NCBI GenBank assembly: GCA_963729605.1
Contig: CAVSNY010000005.1
Location: forward strand, 160,001-224,000
Source: an uncultured Gammaproteobacteria bacterium
GTDB taxonomy: Bacteria > Pseudomonadota > Gammaproteobacteria > DRLM01
Direction: 5' to 3'
Length of the DNA: 64,000 nucleotides
Positions within the stretch are counted from its first letter, which is position 1. Every line of letters starts with the position of its first letter. Of the stretch, positions 8,144 to 18,370 are shown in pieces. A program made the translations under genes and the position numbers. Under the pieces are notes generated by a model, which was not told the origin of the DNA, made no database searches, and saw only the letters and a list, made by a program, of their open reading frames with translations.

Positions 8144-8638
8144 TTAATGGTTATGACCGCCGACGCCATGAGCATGGCCATGGGTGATTTCCTCTGATGT
8201 GGCATCACGCACATCGATCACTTCAATCTCGAAATTCAGGGTTCTGCCGGCCAAGGGGTGATTAGTATCCACATCAATGGTCTTGAGTCCGGCTTTGATT
8301 ACCGTTACATCGCGTGGACCGTGGTTGGTATTTATCTGTACCGTCATGCCGGGTTTATAACTAACCTTTCTATTGGTGGGATTGATTACATGTTTAATCG
8401 ACACCCTTTGCACCGCATCCTCCCGCCGCAGTCCATAGGCCTTTTCGGGCGGCAAGGTAATCGTATAGTTATCGCCGGCCTGTTTACCCTTCATGGCTTC
8501 GGTCAATCCCGCCAGCATGCCTTGTTGGCCATGTACATAAACCACCGGCTGGCTATCATGAGAATCCTCGAAAACCGGCTGGCCCGGCTCGCTCAAACGA
8601 TAATGAAAGGTGACGACTTTATTGATTTCAACCAACAT
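8144..8638 (-). CDS. slyD: FKBP-type peptidyl-prolyl isomerase, SlyD family
   Basis: VTFHYRL...PEKAYG...DTNHPLAGRTLNF; His-rich tail HGHAHGVGGHNH. Confidence 0.9.
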   Translation of the reverse strand: MLVEINKVVTFHYRLSEPGQPVFEDSHDSQPVVYVHGQQGMLAGLTEAMKGKQAGDNYTITLPPEKAYGLRREDAVQRVSIKHVINPTNRKVSYKPGMTVQINTNHGPRDVTVIKAGLKTIDVDTNHPLAGRTLNFEIEVIDVRDATSEEITHGHAHGVGGHNH

Positions 8639-8761
8639 GACTCTCTCCAATTATTTTCATGGTCGCGCGCAACGCCATATTATTGAGGTTTTCATGAATT
8701 GGGAACATACCGGCGCAAAATCGGGCCGAATTATCGGCACACGGCACAAGATTTCAGCCCA

Positions 8762-9238
8762 TTACCGCTTGACATAACGACGATCGGCTAAAATTCGGTA
8801 GATAACCGCCGCGGAAATGCCAAAGGCAATATGGGTCAAAAAGGTGATCCAATCACGCGCGACTTCAAACCAAGGGAAAAGCTGGACGAACCCATGCAAA
8901 TTAATCACATATAGGCTAAGGCCCCACACGCCTCCGACCAATACCGCACACGGCAAGGCGCACCGGGATATCAGGCAGGCCAGAAGCACCGTGCAAACAA
9001 TGGACAGTGAGAAATGGATCAGCGTCGCGGCCGACATCACCAGCCAATCAAACGTGACCGGCGGCGGCAACACCCCGACTCCCAGTACCAGGGCAGCGGT
9101 CAATCGAGCGTCGCGGTAGAGTATCCAGGGCAGAACATCCCAGAATCCCCACCATAAAGTGATCTGCACCAGCGTGGTGATCACCCCGGCGATGATCCCC
9201 GCATAAATCGCCGCTTTCCAATTCACCGCAGTGCGCAT
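8762..9238 (-). CDS. Hypothetical integral membrane protein (~4 TM)
   Basis: Hydrophobic helices with His residues (IHFSLS, THIAFG); start placed at MRTAVNW, exact start uncertain. Confidence 0.65.
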   Translation of the reverse strand: MRTAVNWKAAIYAGIIAGVITTLVQITLWWGFWDVLPWILYRDARLTAALVLGVGVLPPPVTFDWLVMSAATLIHFSLSIVCTVLLACLISRCALPCAVLVGGVWGLSLYVINLHGFVQLFPWFEVARDWITFLTHIAFGISAAVIYRILADRRYVKR

Positions 9239-9255
9239 CGTCCCACCCCCGACTT

Positions 9256-9735
9256 TCATCCATGCATCAGACTCACCAATCGGGTATTCAATAAACACGC
9301 CATGCCCTCCGCACCTTGGCGCATAATTTGATCATGGTTCCATTTGAACACGGGCCGGGCGATGGGGGCGATGATATTCATCCAGCGGCGGTTGGTACGT
9401 ACCTGCCATTCATAACGCACCACGGTCACCATACCCTCATCGGCGAAATGCCAGCGCCCTATCCCCTCCACTTCGCCGCTGGCCCGCCCTTCGACCAGCG
9501 TCAGCGGTATGGCATGGGTCACCTCTATGTCGAAGGTGAGCCGATAAGGCAACGGCCCCCGCCAGGTAAAGCGCCGCAGACTGCCCACGCCGTTCTCGCC
9601 GCCCGGAACGAATTCCTCGACCTTTTCCACTCCCCGCCACCATGCCGGCCAATGCCGGCACTGCGAGATGGCATCACACACCTCTTGTATGGGCGCCTCT
9701 ATCCTCCACTCGGTGACAAACTGGAATTGCGCCAT
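9256..9735 (-). CDS. SRPBCC/polyketide cyclase-like protein
   Basis: F.F.TEWRIEAP...WPAWW..V; GEVEG.GRW; FKWNHD.IM. Confidence 0.8.
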   Translation of the reverse strand: MAQFQFVTEWRIEAPIQEVCDAISQCRHWPAWWRGVEKVEEFVPGGENGVGSLRRFTWRGPLPYRLTFDIEVTHAIPLTLVEGRASGEVEGIGRWHFADEGMVTVVRYEWQVRTNRRWMNIIAPIARPVFKWNHDQIMRQGAEGMACLLNTRLVSLMHG

Positions 9736-9740
9736 GCCGC

Positions 9741-10343
9741 CTAGTGATCGAAAAAGCCGTCGGGAAATTCGGGGTCGATCTGCACATCCGCCATCTCGAC
9801 CGTCTCAAGCAGCCGCCCGTGCCTATCCAGGCTTGACACTTGGCTGGGGAAACCGGTCAAGCAATCCAGCCATAACCGATAACCGGAAACGATTCCGACC
9901 GAGGCATCCTCACCGCCGTTGATTCGCATATGCAGCGATTCCCGCCCACCGATCGTATCCACGCCTGTCACCTCGGCATAACCACGCGCCCGCAGCTTTT
10001 TTATATTTTCATACAAGGTCCCCACATCGGACTGGTCCACCCGTTGTCCGGTCGGACTTTGAATCAAACTATTTTCAGGACTCAGGCTCAAGGCGGGAAA
10101 ATTGCGATGGCCGAACGGCCAAAGCTTGGCGCGCCGAATAAATGGATGGTAGATGAGCACCGCCCCTCTATAGGATGTCTCGAACTCGAGGCGGACATAA
10201 CCGGGTTTCTGGAAATAATAACGGATGACCTCGCTTTTGCCCGCGCTCAGCGATTTCAAAATGACTTGATAAGCAGCGACCGTCTGATAATAGTCGATGG
10301 CGGTTTGCAGCGGATCGGCGGTATCGGCGCAAAGAAGAACCAT
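9741..10343 (-). CDS. LolA-like / DUF1571-type protein
   Basis: YYFQKPGYVRLEF, LWLD..TGFP and C-terminal FPDGFF resemble the LolA-like fold; assignment from memory. Confidence 0.55.
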   Translation of the reverse strand: MVLLCADTADPLQTAIDYYQTVAAYQVILKSLSAGKSEVIRYYFQKPGYVRLEFETSYRGAVLIYHPFIRRAKLWPFGHRNFPALSLSPENSLIQSPTGQRVDQSDVGTLYENIKKLRARGYAEVTGVDTIGGRESLHMRINGGEDASVGIVSGYRLWLDCLTGFPSQVSSLDRHGRLLETVEMADVQIDPEFPDGFFDH

Positions 10344-10442
10344 AACGCAGAACTCCTCACGGCGCCGGCCACCATCAACGCCACGATTCGACCGTCAGCT
10401 TACGGGGTTCCAACCTCCGCAAACCAACGGCATCCTGGCCCA

Positions 10443-10868
10443 TCAAGCGTTGGACAATCCAAACCAGGATTTGAATAGCTTGATGCGTTCGATTTTCTTC
10501 GAGTCCGGCAATAGGATGTAAAATGGCGAAAAACGTATGGAGATGGTTTTTCCATCGCCCCACGGCCACCAGGAACAATAGATCAGATCGTTCTGGCGCG
10601 GGTCGGACGTGAACAATATTTGCCCTGCCCGCAGTCCCCCGAAATGATTATCGAGAAACTGCACGACGTCCGGCGCGCGGTCGATATTGGAGACATCCCA
10701 CGCGTTGGCGAGATGGCGTTGCATGACCGCGCGTATTTTATCCTGGTCAGCCGCGCGAAACTCGGCCAGCAGGCACTCGAATCGGTCATCCCATTTCCAG
10801 ACCCCGCCGTTCAAGGCGCCGAACAATTCCCTGCAAAAATTCTCTTCCGAACTAAGAAGCGGTCCCAT
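10443..10868 (-). CDS. Hypothetical protein
   Basis: 141-aa ORF with GAGGGA RBS and a Trp-rich motif (WWPWGDG.TISIR). Confidence 0.65.
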   Translation of the reverse strand: MGPLLSSEENFCRELFGALNGGVWKWDDRFECLLAEFRAADQDKIRAVMQRHLANAWDVSNIDRAPDVVQFLDNHFGGLRAGQILFTSDPRQNDLIYCSWWPWGDGKTISIRFSPFYILLPDSKKIERIKLFKSWFGLSNA

Positions 10869-10912
10869 CAGCGTCCCTCTATTGTTTTAAGACTCGACCC
10901 GATCCTATCGAA

Positions 10913-11200
10913 TCAATCGGGTCTGATTCCATCCATCTCCCGCGGTCCTTCCGCCGAGTCCGTCAGGGCGCGGGTATTCATATATAAACTTTCCACCTTC
11001 GCCCTCGCCCACGGGGTTTTTCTCAAAAACTTCAGACTGGATTTAATACTCGGCTCCTGCGTGAAACACTTGATACTGATCATACGACCCAACTCATTCC
11101 AACCGTAGTGTTCCACCAGCCGAGTCACCAGCATTTCCAGCGTAACACCATGCAGGATATTATTGGGTTGCCGGTTCCCATCTTGATTCGGTTTATTCAT
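10913..11200 (-). CDS. VF530 / DUF2132 family DNA-binding protein
   Basis: [12 protein letters not shown]...LVEHYGW..L...I.I.CF...[24 protein letters not shown]. Confidence 0.9.
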   Translation of the reverse strand: MNKPNQDGNRQPNNILHGVTLEMLVTRLVEHYGWNELGRMISIKCFTQEPSIKSSLKFLRKTPWARAKVESLYMNTRALTDSAEGPREMDGIRPD

Positions 11201-11238
11201 CGTCTGAAAAATATCAATGTTTAAGCCTACCGGCGCCG

Positions 11239-11496
11239 TCAATCATCCTGCTTCTTGCCCACCTCCGCCTTTTTCACGCGGATTTTATTGCCGTCCACCT
11301 CCCGGCCGTTGAGTTGTTTGATCGCCGCCTTGGCTTCGCCGGCGCGCGGCATTTCGGCGAAACCAAACCCTTTGGATTTTCCCGTCTCATGGTCGATCAC
11401 CAGCTTGCAATATTGCACCGCGCCATAGGTCTGCAACATGTCCAACACATCCTGCTCGGTGGTTTCCCGAGACAAATTGCGCACCAAGATTTTCAT
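11239..11496 (-). CDS. RRM (RNP-1) RNA-binding protein
   Basis: MKILVRNL (RNP2) and SKGFGFAEM (RNP1); start at 11496. Confidence 0.9.
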   Translation of the reverse strand: MKILVRNLSRETTEQDVLDMLQTYGAVQYCKLVIDHETGKSKGFGFAEMPRAGEAKAAIKQLNGREVDGNKIRVKKAEVGKKQDD

Positions 11497-11915
11497 GCTT
11501 ACACCGTAAAAATATCCGAATTCGTCGTGGGAGGCGGCCGCGCTTAATGTGCACCCACCGTCAATGGCATCGATCCCGTTCCCTGACGGCGACCCGCCAA
11601 GCCGCCATTGTGACAAGAAGTCATGCGTTAATAAAGAAAACCGCGCGGGTCGGGTACTTCCCGGCGCAAAGGCGACTTGGGCGGCGACCCGATCCAAGTT
11701 GTGCCGGACCGCCGTCCTATCAAGGCGTGCCGGCCCGCCCCACGGCGGTAATCGGCGTCGCCACCGCGCCCCACTGGACTTGGGTCAGCTACACGGCCGG
11801 GATGTGTTTAGGATGCGTGAAATCGAGCTGGGTCTGCGTACGCAGCTTCATCGGAAAGCCAGGCGAGCGCGGCAATATCCGTCGTAACTTAAGGTCATCT
11901 GGGTGCGCCCTTTCC

Positions 11916-13301
11916 CTAGAGCCTTCTCGCCCGGAAATACCGGCCTTTTATCTTGCCGGTCGAAAGCTGCCGCAGGGCGTGGTCCACCATGGAGCGTTCG
12001 ATCGCCACATAGGCGTGATTGTCGAAGATGTCGATCTTGCCTACCTGGCTGCCGGCGATACCCGACTCACCGGTCAAGGCGCCAAGGATATCGCCGGGAC
12101 GCAATTTGGTCTTGCGCCCGCCGTCGATGCACAAGGTGACCATGGGCGGTTTGAGAGGACGCGGATTGCCCTGCGCCGGCAAGTTCGCGCTGGAGGCATG
12201 ACGGACAGGACTCTTTTGATAATCCTCGATAGCAATGACCTTGTGCGATTCGCCGGCGGTGTAGAGACTCAAGGCCAACCCCGCTTTGCCCGCGCGCCCG
12301 GTGCGGCCGATACGGTGGATATGCACTTCCGGGTCCTGGCTCAACTCGAAGTTGATCACCGCCGGCAGATCCTTGATATCGAGACCGCGGGCCGCCACGT
12401 CGGTCGCCACCAGGATTGAACAACTCCGGTTGGAAAACTGCAACAGCACCTGATCGCGATCGCGCTGCTCCAAGTCGCCGTGCAAGGCCTGGACGTAAAA
12501 GCCCTTGGCTTGCAGCGTATCGGCGATGTCCTCGCATTGTTGCCGGGTATTGCAAAACACCACGCAGGATTCCGGCTGATAATGCGCCAAGAGTCCGACC
12601 AGCGCGTGCAGGCGCTGACCGGGGTTGGCCACCTCGTAAAACAGCTGCTCGATCCGGGTTTGGGTATGCGTCGATTCCACCCGCACCCGCACCGGCGATC
12701 TTTGCAGCGAGGCACTGATCTGCTGGATGGCCTCGGGATAAGTGGCGGAGAACAGCAAGGTCTGCCGACTAGCGGGGGTGGCGGCGACCACCTCGGCGAT
12801 GTCGTCGTAAAACCCCATGTCCAGCATCCGGTCCGCCTCGTCCAGCACCAGGATTTTCAGCTGATCCAATTTCAGCGAGCCCTTGCGGAGATGTTTCAAT
12901 ACCCGCCCGGGCGTGCCGACGATGATGTGGGCGCCGTGGTCCAGCGAGTTCAATTGCGGGCCGGTGGGCACGCCGCCGCACAGGGTCAGCAGTTTGACGT
13001 TGGGCATGCAGCTCGCCAGCCGGCGGATCTCCTTGCCCACCTGGTCGGCCAATTCCCGGGTCGGACAGAGCACCAGGGCCTGCACGCTGAAGTGGCGCAG
13101 ATTGAGGCGGGTCAACAGACCGATGCCGAACGCCGCTGTCTTGCCGCTGCCGGTCTCGGCCTGGGCGATCAAATCGCGGCCCTCTAAAATCGGCGGCAAA
13201 CCCTCAGCCTGAATCGGCGTCATGGTCTGATAACCCATCGCGTCGAGATTGGCCACTAAAGCGGCGTCCAGACCCAGCGTGGAAAAGGAGGTGGTGGTCA
13301 C
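11916..13301 (-). CDS. dbpA: ATP-dependent DEAD-box RNA helicase DbpA
   Basis: TGSGKT, PTRELA, DEAD, SAT, HRIGRTGR; C-terminal DbpA domain (GGRKTKLRPGDILGALT). Confidence 0.95.
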   Translation of the reverse strand: MTTTSFSTLGLDAALVANLDAMGYQTMTPIQAEGLPPILEGRDLIAQAETGSGKTAAFGIGLLTRLNLRHFSVQALVLCPTRELADQVGKEIRRLASCMPNVKLLTLCGGVPTGPQLNSLDHGAHIIVGTPGRVLKHLRKGSLKLDQLKILVLDEADRMLDMGFYDDIAEVVAATPASRQTLLFSATYPEAIQQISASLQRSPVRVRVESTHTQTRIEQLFYEVANPGQRLHALVGLLAHYQPESCVVFCNTRQQCEDIADTLQAKGFYVQALHGDLEQRDRDQVLLQFSNRSCSILVATDVAARGLDIKDLPAVINFELSQDPEVHIHRIGRTGRAGKAGLALSLYTAGESHKVIAIEDYQKSPVRHASSANLPAQGNPRPLKPPMVTLCIDGGRKTKLRPGDILGALTGESGIAGSQVGKIDIFDNHAYVAIERSMVDHALRQLSTGKIKGRYFRARRL

Positions 13302-13587
13302 GGCATATACCCGAAGCTGTTTCTGATTTAATGGTTAATGAGGCCGTGCGGACGCCGCCGGCAAATGCGGCCCAGCGCCTTTCATTCCAGGCTAGACCTC
13401 GAGGCCGCGCGGGGATGGCGAGACCGCGCGAAAAAGAGCGCCCACTATACCGATTATCACGACACCTGGCAGGTATTCGCGGCGATTATTCAGCGCCGGT
13501 CCGCCCCCGCCCGTTCGGCCTCCGCCGCCTCGCCAAATTTTCCCATCCATGGTATGTTCCGCCACTTTCAGACTACCCGAGAGTGTT

Positions 13588-14073
13588 ATGAGCCTGTGCC
13601 CCTGCCTGTCCGGCAAAGAATACGACGCCTGTTGCGGCCCCATCATCAGCGGCGCGGTGACCGCGCCCACCGCCGAGGCCTTGATGCGCTCGCGTTACAG
13701 CGCCTTCGTCAAACGCGAGACCGGTTATTTGGCGGACAGCGTGCACCCGGAGCACCGCGCGGATTATGATCCGGTCGCCGTGCAACGCTGGGCGGACCAT
13801 TCGGAGTGGGTCAAACTGGAGATACTCAACACCAGCGGCGGCGGACCCGACGATCAAGAAGGCACCGTGGAATTTCTCGCCACCTATCGGCAAAAGGGCG
13901 CGACCCATGTCCACCACGAAGTGGGGCAGTTTCTCCGTCACGCCGGCCGCTGGTATTACACCGACATGAAAGTCACCAAACCCGTCACCGTGCGCAACGA
14001 AGGTCCGAAAATCGGCCGCAACGATCCTTGCCCCTGCGGCAGCGGCAAAAAATATAAGAAGTGTTGCGGCTGA
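13588..14073 (+). CDS. ychJ: YchJ family protein with SEC-C motifs
   Basis: [43 protein letters not shown]. Confidence 0.9.
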   Translation: MSLCPCLSGKEYDACCGPIISGAVTAPTAEALMRSRYSAFVKRETGYLADSVHPEHRADYDPVAVQRWADHSEWVKLEILNTSGGGPDDQEGTVEFLATYRQKGATHVHHEVGQFLRHAGRWYYTDMKVTKPVTVRNEGPKIGRNDPCPCGSGKKYKKCCG

Positions 14074-14116
14074 ACACGCACTCGCCGGAGAGCAAATATT
14101 CCATCGCGGGAATTAT

Positions 14117-14467
14117 TAGAACCTATCTCAAAATCGGAACAAAAATCCCAAACCGGAGGCGTCATTCCCCCTCTCCCGCGGGCGGGAGAGGGGAAGGGGT
14201 GAGGGTGGTCGGACAACCACCGTCACGATACCAGGGCATCCTGCTTCCCTCTCTCCCCTCACCCTATCCCTCTCCCGCCCGCGGGAGAGGGTATCTGTTC
14301 TGAATTTTTCTGTGCCTAACCGAATATTGCTTGCCCCAGTTGTCAGTCTCTCGCAAAAAATCGCAACGGGGATTACAAGACAGGGAGCGCTCGTCGGCAA
14401 ATAAGCCATCGTCATGGGTGATCCCGCCCGCCGAATATGCTCATAGTCGATTTTGAGATCGATTCTA
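14117..14467. mobile_element. MITE-like element with 20-bp terminal inverted repeats enclosing two inverted REP-like palindromes
   Basis: TAGAACCTATCTCAAAATCG vs reverse complement TAGAATCGATCTCAAAATCG (18/20); internal CCCTCTCCC-N-GGGAGAGGG hairpins at ~14167-14206 and ~14255-14291. Confidence 0.55.
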
Positions 14468-14520
14468 GGCATTGAAGCGCATCCCGGCCGCCGTAACCCA
14501 GACGCGGCTGCCCGCCCTTT

Positions 14521-14781
14521 TCATTTCAACAACGGGTGATCCTTCGGCAGCTGGTTGGCGTACCAGATGGCGAGTTTATGCCGCATCGATTGTTGCGAGA
14601 CTTGATCTTCCGGCAAGGCTTGAATCAGGCCGTCGCGGACGAACAGCCGGTAGAGATAGAGGATTTTTTCGCTCGCGGCGTCGGTCGCCTCGAACTTGGC
14701 GGCGCCGCGCGCCTCGGCGTATTTCACACCGACCAGAATCGCCGCCTTCACCAACTCCGTTTCATTCTTGAGTTTCTTCAT
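14521..14781 (-). CDS. DUF5062-like small protein
   Basis: MKKLKNETELVK.A...G..YA..RG...K..YLYRL.V.D..IQ.L...MRHKLAIW. Confidence 0.7.
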   Translation of the reverse strand: MKKLKNETELVKAAILVGVKYAEARGAAKFEATDAASEKILYLYRLFVRDGLIQALPEDQVSQQSMRHKLAIWYANQLPKDHPLLK

Positions 14782-15109
14782 GGCGAATCTCAGCCTGGGC
14801 CCGGGGTGGATGGTAACCAAGACCTCCCCGTTTGGCAAAACACGCCGCGTTCACCCGCTTTTTTATCCCCCTCTCCGACGGGAGCGCGCAGCGACGGGGC
14901 GACGCCGGCAGGGGGAGAGGGCGGCTCAAATCGATGCTGATTACGCCGAGCTCCCTCTCTCCTTCCGCAACGTCCTTAAGCTATCATGCCGATTCAACGC
15001 AAGGCCTGGTCATGAGAACGCCAATGACGCCATGTCGTCATTCATACCGATTCAGTGCGGCGGCGCGGCCGGGCCAATGCCATTCCCTGATTGCCAGGAG
15101 GCCGTCGCC

Positions 15110-16339
15110 ATGCCGGTAAATCCAAGCCTAGTGGAAAGCCTGTTCGCGCCCTATTCCAAGGCGACCTTGCTCAGCGAATACTGGCCGGACCGGGCGCTCA
15201 GCGTCCACGGCGGCCTCGACCGCCTCCCCGACTACCTGCGGAGCGAGACCTTGCGCCGCTTCGACCATCTGGCCGCCCGTTATCACGGCAGCGTCAGTTT
15301 CGGCAACGCCGCCGCCGCCAAGGGTACGGCCATCGCCAAGGACGTGCCCGCCGCCCTGCTGCGTCAGATGGGTTTGAGCCTTTACCTGCCGGACCTCGCC
15401 GCCTATATGCCCGGCACCGACGCCTTTCTGCGCGAACTGGAACTGGAGTTGGGCGCCCAGGCGGGCACGGCGCGCATCGGCGCCTTCGCCGCCGCCGCGC
15501 ACAACGGCGTCACCAGCCACTTCGATGCCGAGGAAGTGATCTCCGTGCAACTGGAGGGGGAGAAGCGTTTCTACATCGCGCCCATGTCCGAGATCCCCTA
15601 CCCCTACGGCATGCAGTTCGGTCCCGATTACGAAGTCTTCGACGACCTCTATCCGCAAATGGCGGCGGGCATCCCCAAGGTCAACGACGCGGACTTTCAA
15701 TGTATCGAGATGCGTCCAGGTTCGGTGTTGTTCATGCCGCGCGGCACCTGGCACCGCACCGAGGCCACCGCGACCTCTTATTCGGTAAGCATCATCGTGC
15801 GTCAGCCCGCCCCCTTCGAAACCGTGCTCGAACAACTCCGACTCACCCTGCTGCGCGACCCCGCTTGGCGACGCCCGCTTTATGGCACCGGCCACGACGA
15901 CGAGATGCGCGCCCGCCTCGCGGCGCTGCTCGAAGACCTGCCCCGCGCCAACCAAACCTTCAACGCGAACGACATTCTCGACGCCGCCTTGCCCGAACCC
16001 GCGCGGCTGGCGCGACTCGACGAAACCAGCTGGCTGCAACGCATCCCCAACGCCCGGCTGCTGCTCACGCCTCCTCAATCCGGCGATCAGTGGACCGGCG
16101 TGGTGCGTATCAGCCGCTTCGATGGCGGCGACCGCGACGTACTGCAATTGCAAATACCGCCGAATATGCTGCCGGTCTTTCAATGGCTGGCGCAGCAAGA
16201 ACGACCGCTGCGCGCCGGCTCGCTGGCGCAACATTTCGCGGCGCTGCCTTTCGGGCAGATCAAAACCATTTTGGACGTGCTGGTGAGGGCGGATTATTTG
16301 AAACTGTTGCGGCATGTGCCGTTGGAGACGGATGGCTAG
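15110..16339 (+). CDS. JmjC/cupin Fe(II)-2OG oxygenase (YcfD/ROX-like)
   Basis: HFD...VQLEGEKR...PGSVLFMPRGTWH facial triad; AGGAGG RBS before 15110. Confidence 0.8.
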   Translation: MPVNPSLVESLFAPYSKATLLSEYWPDRALSVHGGLDRLPDYLRSETLRRFDHLAARYHGSVSFGNAAAAKGTAIAKDVPAALLRQMGLSLYLPDLAAYMPGTDAFLRELELELGAQAGTARIGAFAAAAHNGVTSHFDAEEVISVQLEGEKRFYIAPMSEIPYPYGMQFGPDYEVFDDLYPQMAAGIPKVNDADFQCIEMRPGSVLFMPRGTWHRTEATATSYSVSIIVRQPAPFETVLEQLRLTLLRDPAWRRPLYGTGHDDEMRARLAALLEDLPRANQTFNANDILDAALPEPARLARLDETSWLQRIPNARLLLTPPQSGDQWTGVVRISRFDGGDRDVLQLQIPPNMLPVFQWLAQQERPLRAGSLAQHFAALPFGQIKTILDVLVRADYLKLLRHVPLETDG

Positions 16340-16514
16340 CGGGAGTTAGTCACTTATCCCGATTGCGCTGATGACTCTCCTCTCTCCGCAGAGCCAAGGC
16401 TACCTCAACCAATGACTTTCTTATTTCTTAAAAATTGCCAAATCAAAACGGCAGCGTTCCTTCATTCAAGTCAAGGTCAAAAGTTAGACGATTTTATTAA
16501 TTGACCCCGCCCCG

Positions 16515-17885
16515 CTACATCGCCTCGATCGCATCCTCCAACCTCTTCACCGCCACCACCTCGATGTCCGTCAATGTCTTTTTGGGCGCGTTGGCGGCGG
16601 GCACGATGGCGCGTTTGAAGCCGTGTTTGGCGGCCTCGCGCAGACGGTCGAGGCCGCCTTGCACCGGACGGATTTCGCCGGCCAAGCCAACTTCGCCGAA
16701 TACCACCAGCTCCGACGACAGCGGCTTGTTACGCAGACTCGACAAGGCCGCCAGCACGGTGGGCAGGTCGGCGCCGGTCTCGGTGATGCGCACGCCGCCC
16801 ACCACGTTGACGAACACGTCCTGATCGTACATCGCGATGCCGGCGTGGCGTTGCAACACCGCCAGCAACATCGAGAGCCGGTTGTGATCGAGCCCGACCG
16901 TGACGCGGCGCGGATTCGAGATATGACTCTCCGCCACCAGCGCCTGCACTTCCACCAGCAGCGGGCGGGTGCCTTCGCGGGTCACCATCACCACGCTGCC
17001 CGGCACCTCCTGTTCGTGGCGCGAAAGAAAAATCGCCGAGGGGTTGCTGACTTCCTTGAGGCCGCGGTCGTGCATGGCGAACACGCCCAGCTCGTTGACG
17101 GCGCCGAAGCGGTTTTTGATGGCGCGCACCACCCGGAACGGCGTGCCCATGTCGCCTTCGAAATACAACACGGTGTCCACCATGTGCTCCAGCACCCGCG
17201 GCCCGGCCAGCGTGCCTTCCTTGGTGACGTGGCCGACCAGGAACAGCGCGGTGCCGGTCGCCTTGGCGTAACGCACCAGCTGCGCCGCGCTCTCGCGCAC
17301 CTGCGCCACCGAGCCGGGCGCGGATTGCAGCGCGTCGGTGTAAATGGTTTGGATGGAGTCGATCACCATCACCCGCGGCCGCTCGTGCGCGGCATGGGCG
17401 ATGACTTGTTCGACCTGGGTCTCCGCCAGCAGGCGCAGCGCGCCGCCGTCCACCTGCATGCGATTGGCGCGCAAACTCACCTGTTCCAAGGATTCTTCGC
17501 CGGTGACGTAAAGACACGGCAGTTGCGCGCTGAGCGTCGCCACGGTCTGCAACAACAAAGTGGATTTGCCGACGCCGGGATCGCCGCCGATCAACACCAC
17601 CGAGCCCAGCACCAGCCCGCCGCCCAATACCCGATCCAATTCACCGAGGCCGCTGGCGATGCGCACCTCGTGATCCGGCGCGACGTCGGCGAGGGATTTC
17701 ACTTCGGCGCTACCCGCCGCGCCGGCGAAGCCGGTCAAACGGCCCGCGCGACCCTTGCCCGCCGCCGGCGCCGCGACGCCTTCGATCAAGGTGTTCCACT
17801 GCCCGCAATCCGGACACTGGCCCACCCACTTGGGCGACTCCGCGCCGCACTCCGTGCACCGATAAACCGATTTCGCCTTGGCCAT
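16515..17885 (-). CDS. radA: DNA repair protein RadA/Sms
   Basis: C4 zinc finger, GDPGVGKST, KNRFG motif, Lon-like C-terminus. Confidence 0.97.
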   Translation of the reverse strand: MAKAKSVYRCTECGAESPKWVGQCPDCGQWNTLIEGVAAPAAGKGRAGRLTGFAGAAGSAEVKSLADVAPDHEVRIASGLGELDRVLGGGLVLGSVVLIGGDPGVGKSTLLLQTVATLSAQLPCLYVTGEESLEQVSLRANRMQVDGGALRLLAETQVEQVIAHAAHERPRVMVIDSIQTIYTDALQSAPGSVAQVRESAAQLVRYAKATGTALFLVGHVTKEGTLAGPRVLEHMVDTVLYFEGDMGTPFRVVRAIKNRFGAVNELGVFAMHDRGLKEVSNPSAIFLSRHEQEVPGSVVMVTREGTRPLLVEVQALVAESHISNPRRVTVGLDHNRLSMLLAVLQRHAGIAMYDQDVFVNVVGGVRITETGADLPTVLAALSSLRNKPLSSELVVFGEVGLAGEIRPVQGGLDRLREAAKHGFKRAIVPAANAPKKTLTDIEVVAVKRLEDAIEAM

Positions 17886-17988
17886 GGCCGTGGATTCCCG
17901 CTCGCTCGTTGGATGGCGTTAGGTTATCACAGGGCCGCACGGTGGCGGCGGGGAAACAGGGACATCGCGGGGAGCACGGATGTTCAAC

Positions 17989-18124
17989 TTAAGAAAGCGA
18001 TGAATAATGACATCCTGGAATGTGCAGAGAACGGAAAGCGAAAAATGTGATCTTGCCTTCTTTCATTGAAAATGGCGGCACATTCGTAGGCCGGAAACCC
18101 GGGAATGGATCGGCGGTTTCTTAA
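17989..18124. mobile_element. Short MITE-like element (family shared with 43380-43535)
   Basis: TTAA at both ends, imperfect TIRs; shares catcctggaat and cattgaaaatggcggcacat with the reverse complement of 43380-43535. Confidence 0.55.
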
Positions 18125-18160
18125 GGGAGTGCGCCGCAATGGACGGAACATCTTCCATCA

Positions 18161-18276
18161 CTCCTCTCCTCAAAGGAGGAGGGGGACTGCCGCAAAAACC
18201 GTAGCGGATCACCCGGGCACGCCGTGTATCAACCACCCCCGCCCCTCCGGGACACGCCTCCTTGATACAAGGGGAA
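18161..18276. repeat. Degenerate ACCACCCC/CCCCTCC-type REP-like palindromes
   Basis: ctcctctcctcaaaggaggaggggg and aaccacccccgcccctccgggacacgcctccttg; similar to 34509-35085 and 50041-50090. Confidence 0.5.
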
Positions 18277-18314
18277 GCAGGTTTCCGTATTCTACTTTCC
18301 GACAGCGACACGCC

Positions 18315-18368
<54 letters not shown>

Positions 18369-18370
18369 CA

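Noticed and set aside
14696-15109. N-terminal extension of the JmjC ORF (547-aa call)
   Set aside because: It overlaps the opposite-strand DUF5062-like gene and a degenerate repeat; a clear RBS precedes ATG 15110
16340-16514. Possible precursor peptide for the JmjC enzyme (30-codon ORF)
   Set aside because: No RBS, no leader/core pattern; looks like AT-rich intergenic sequence
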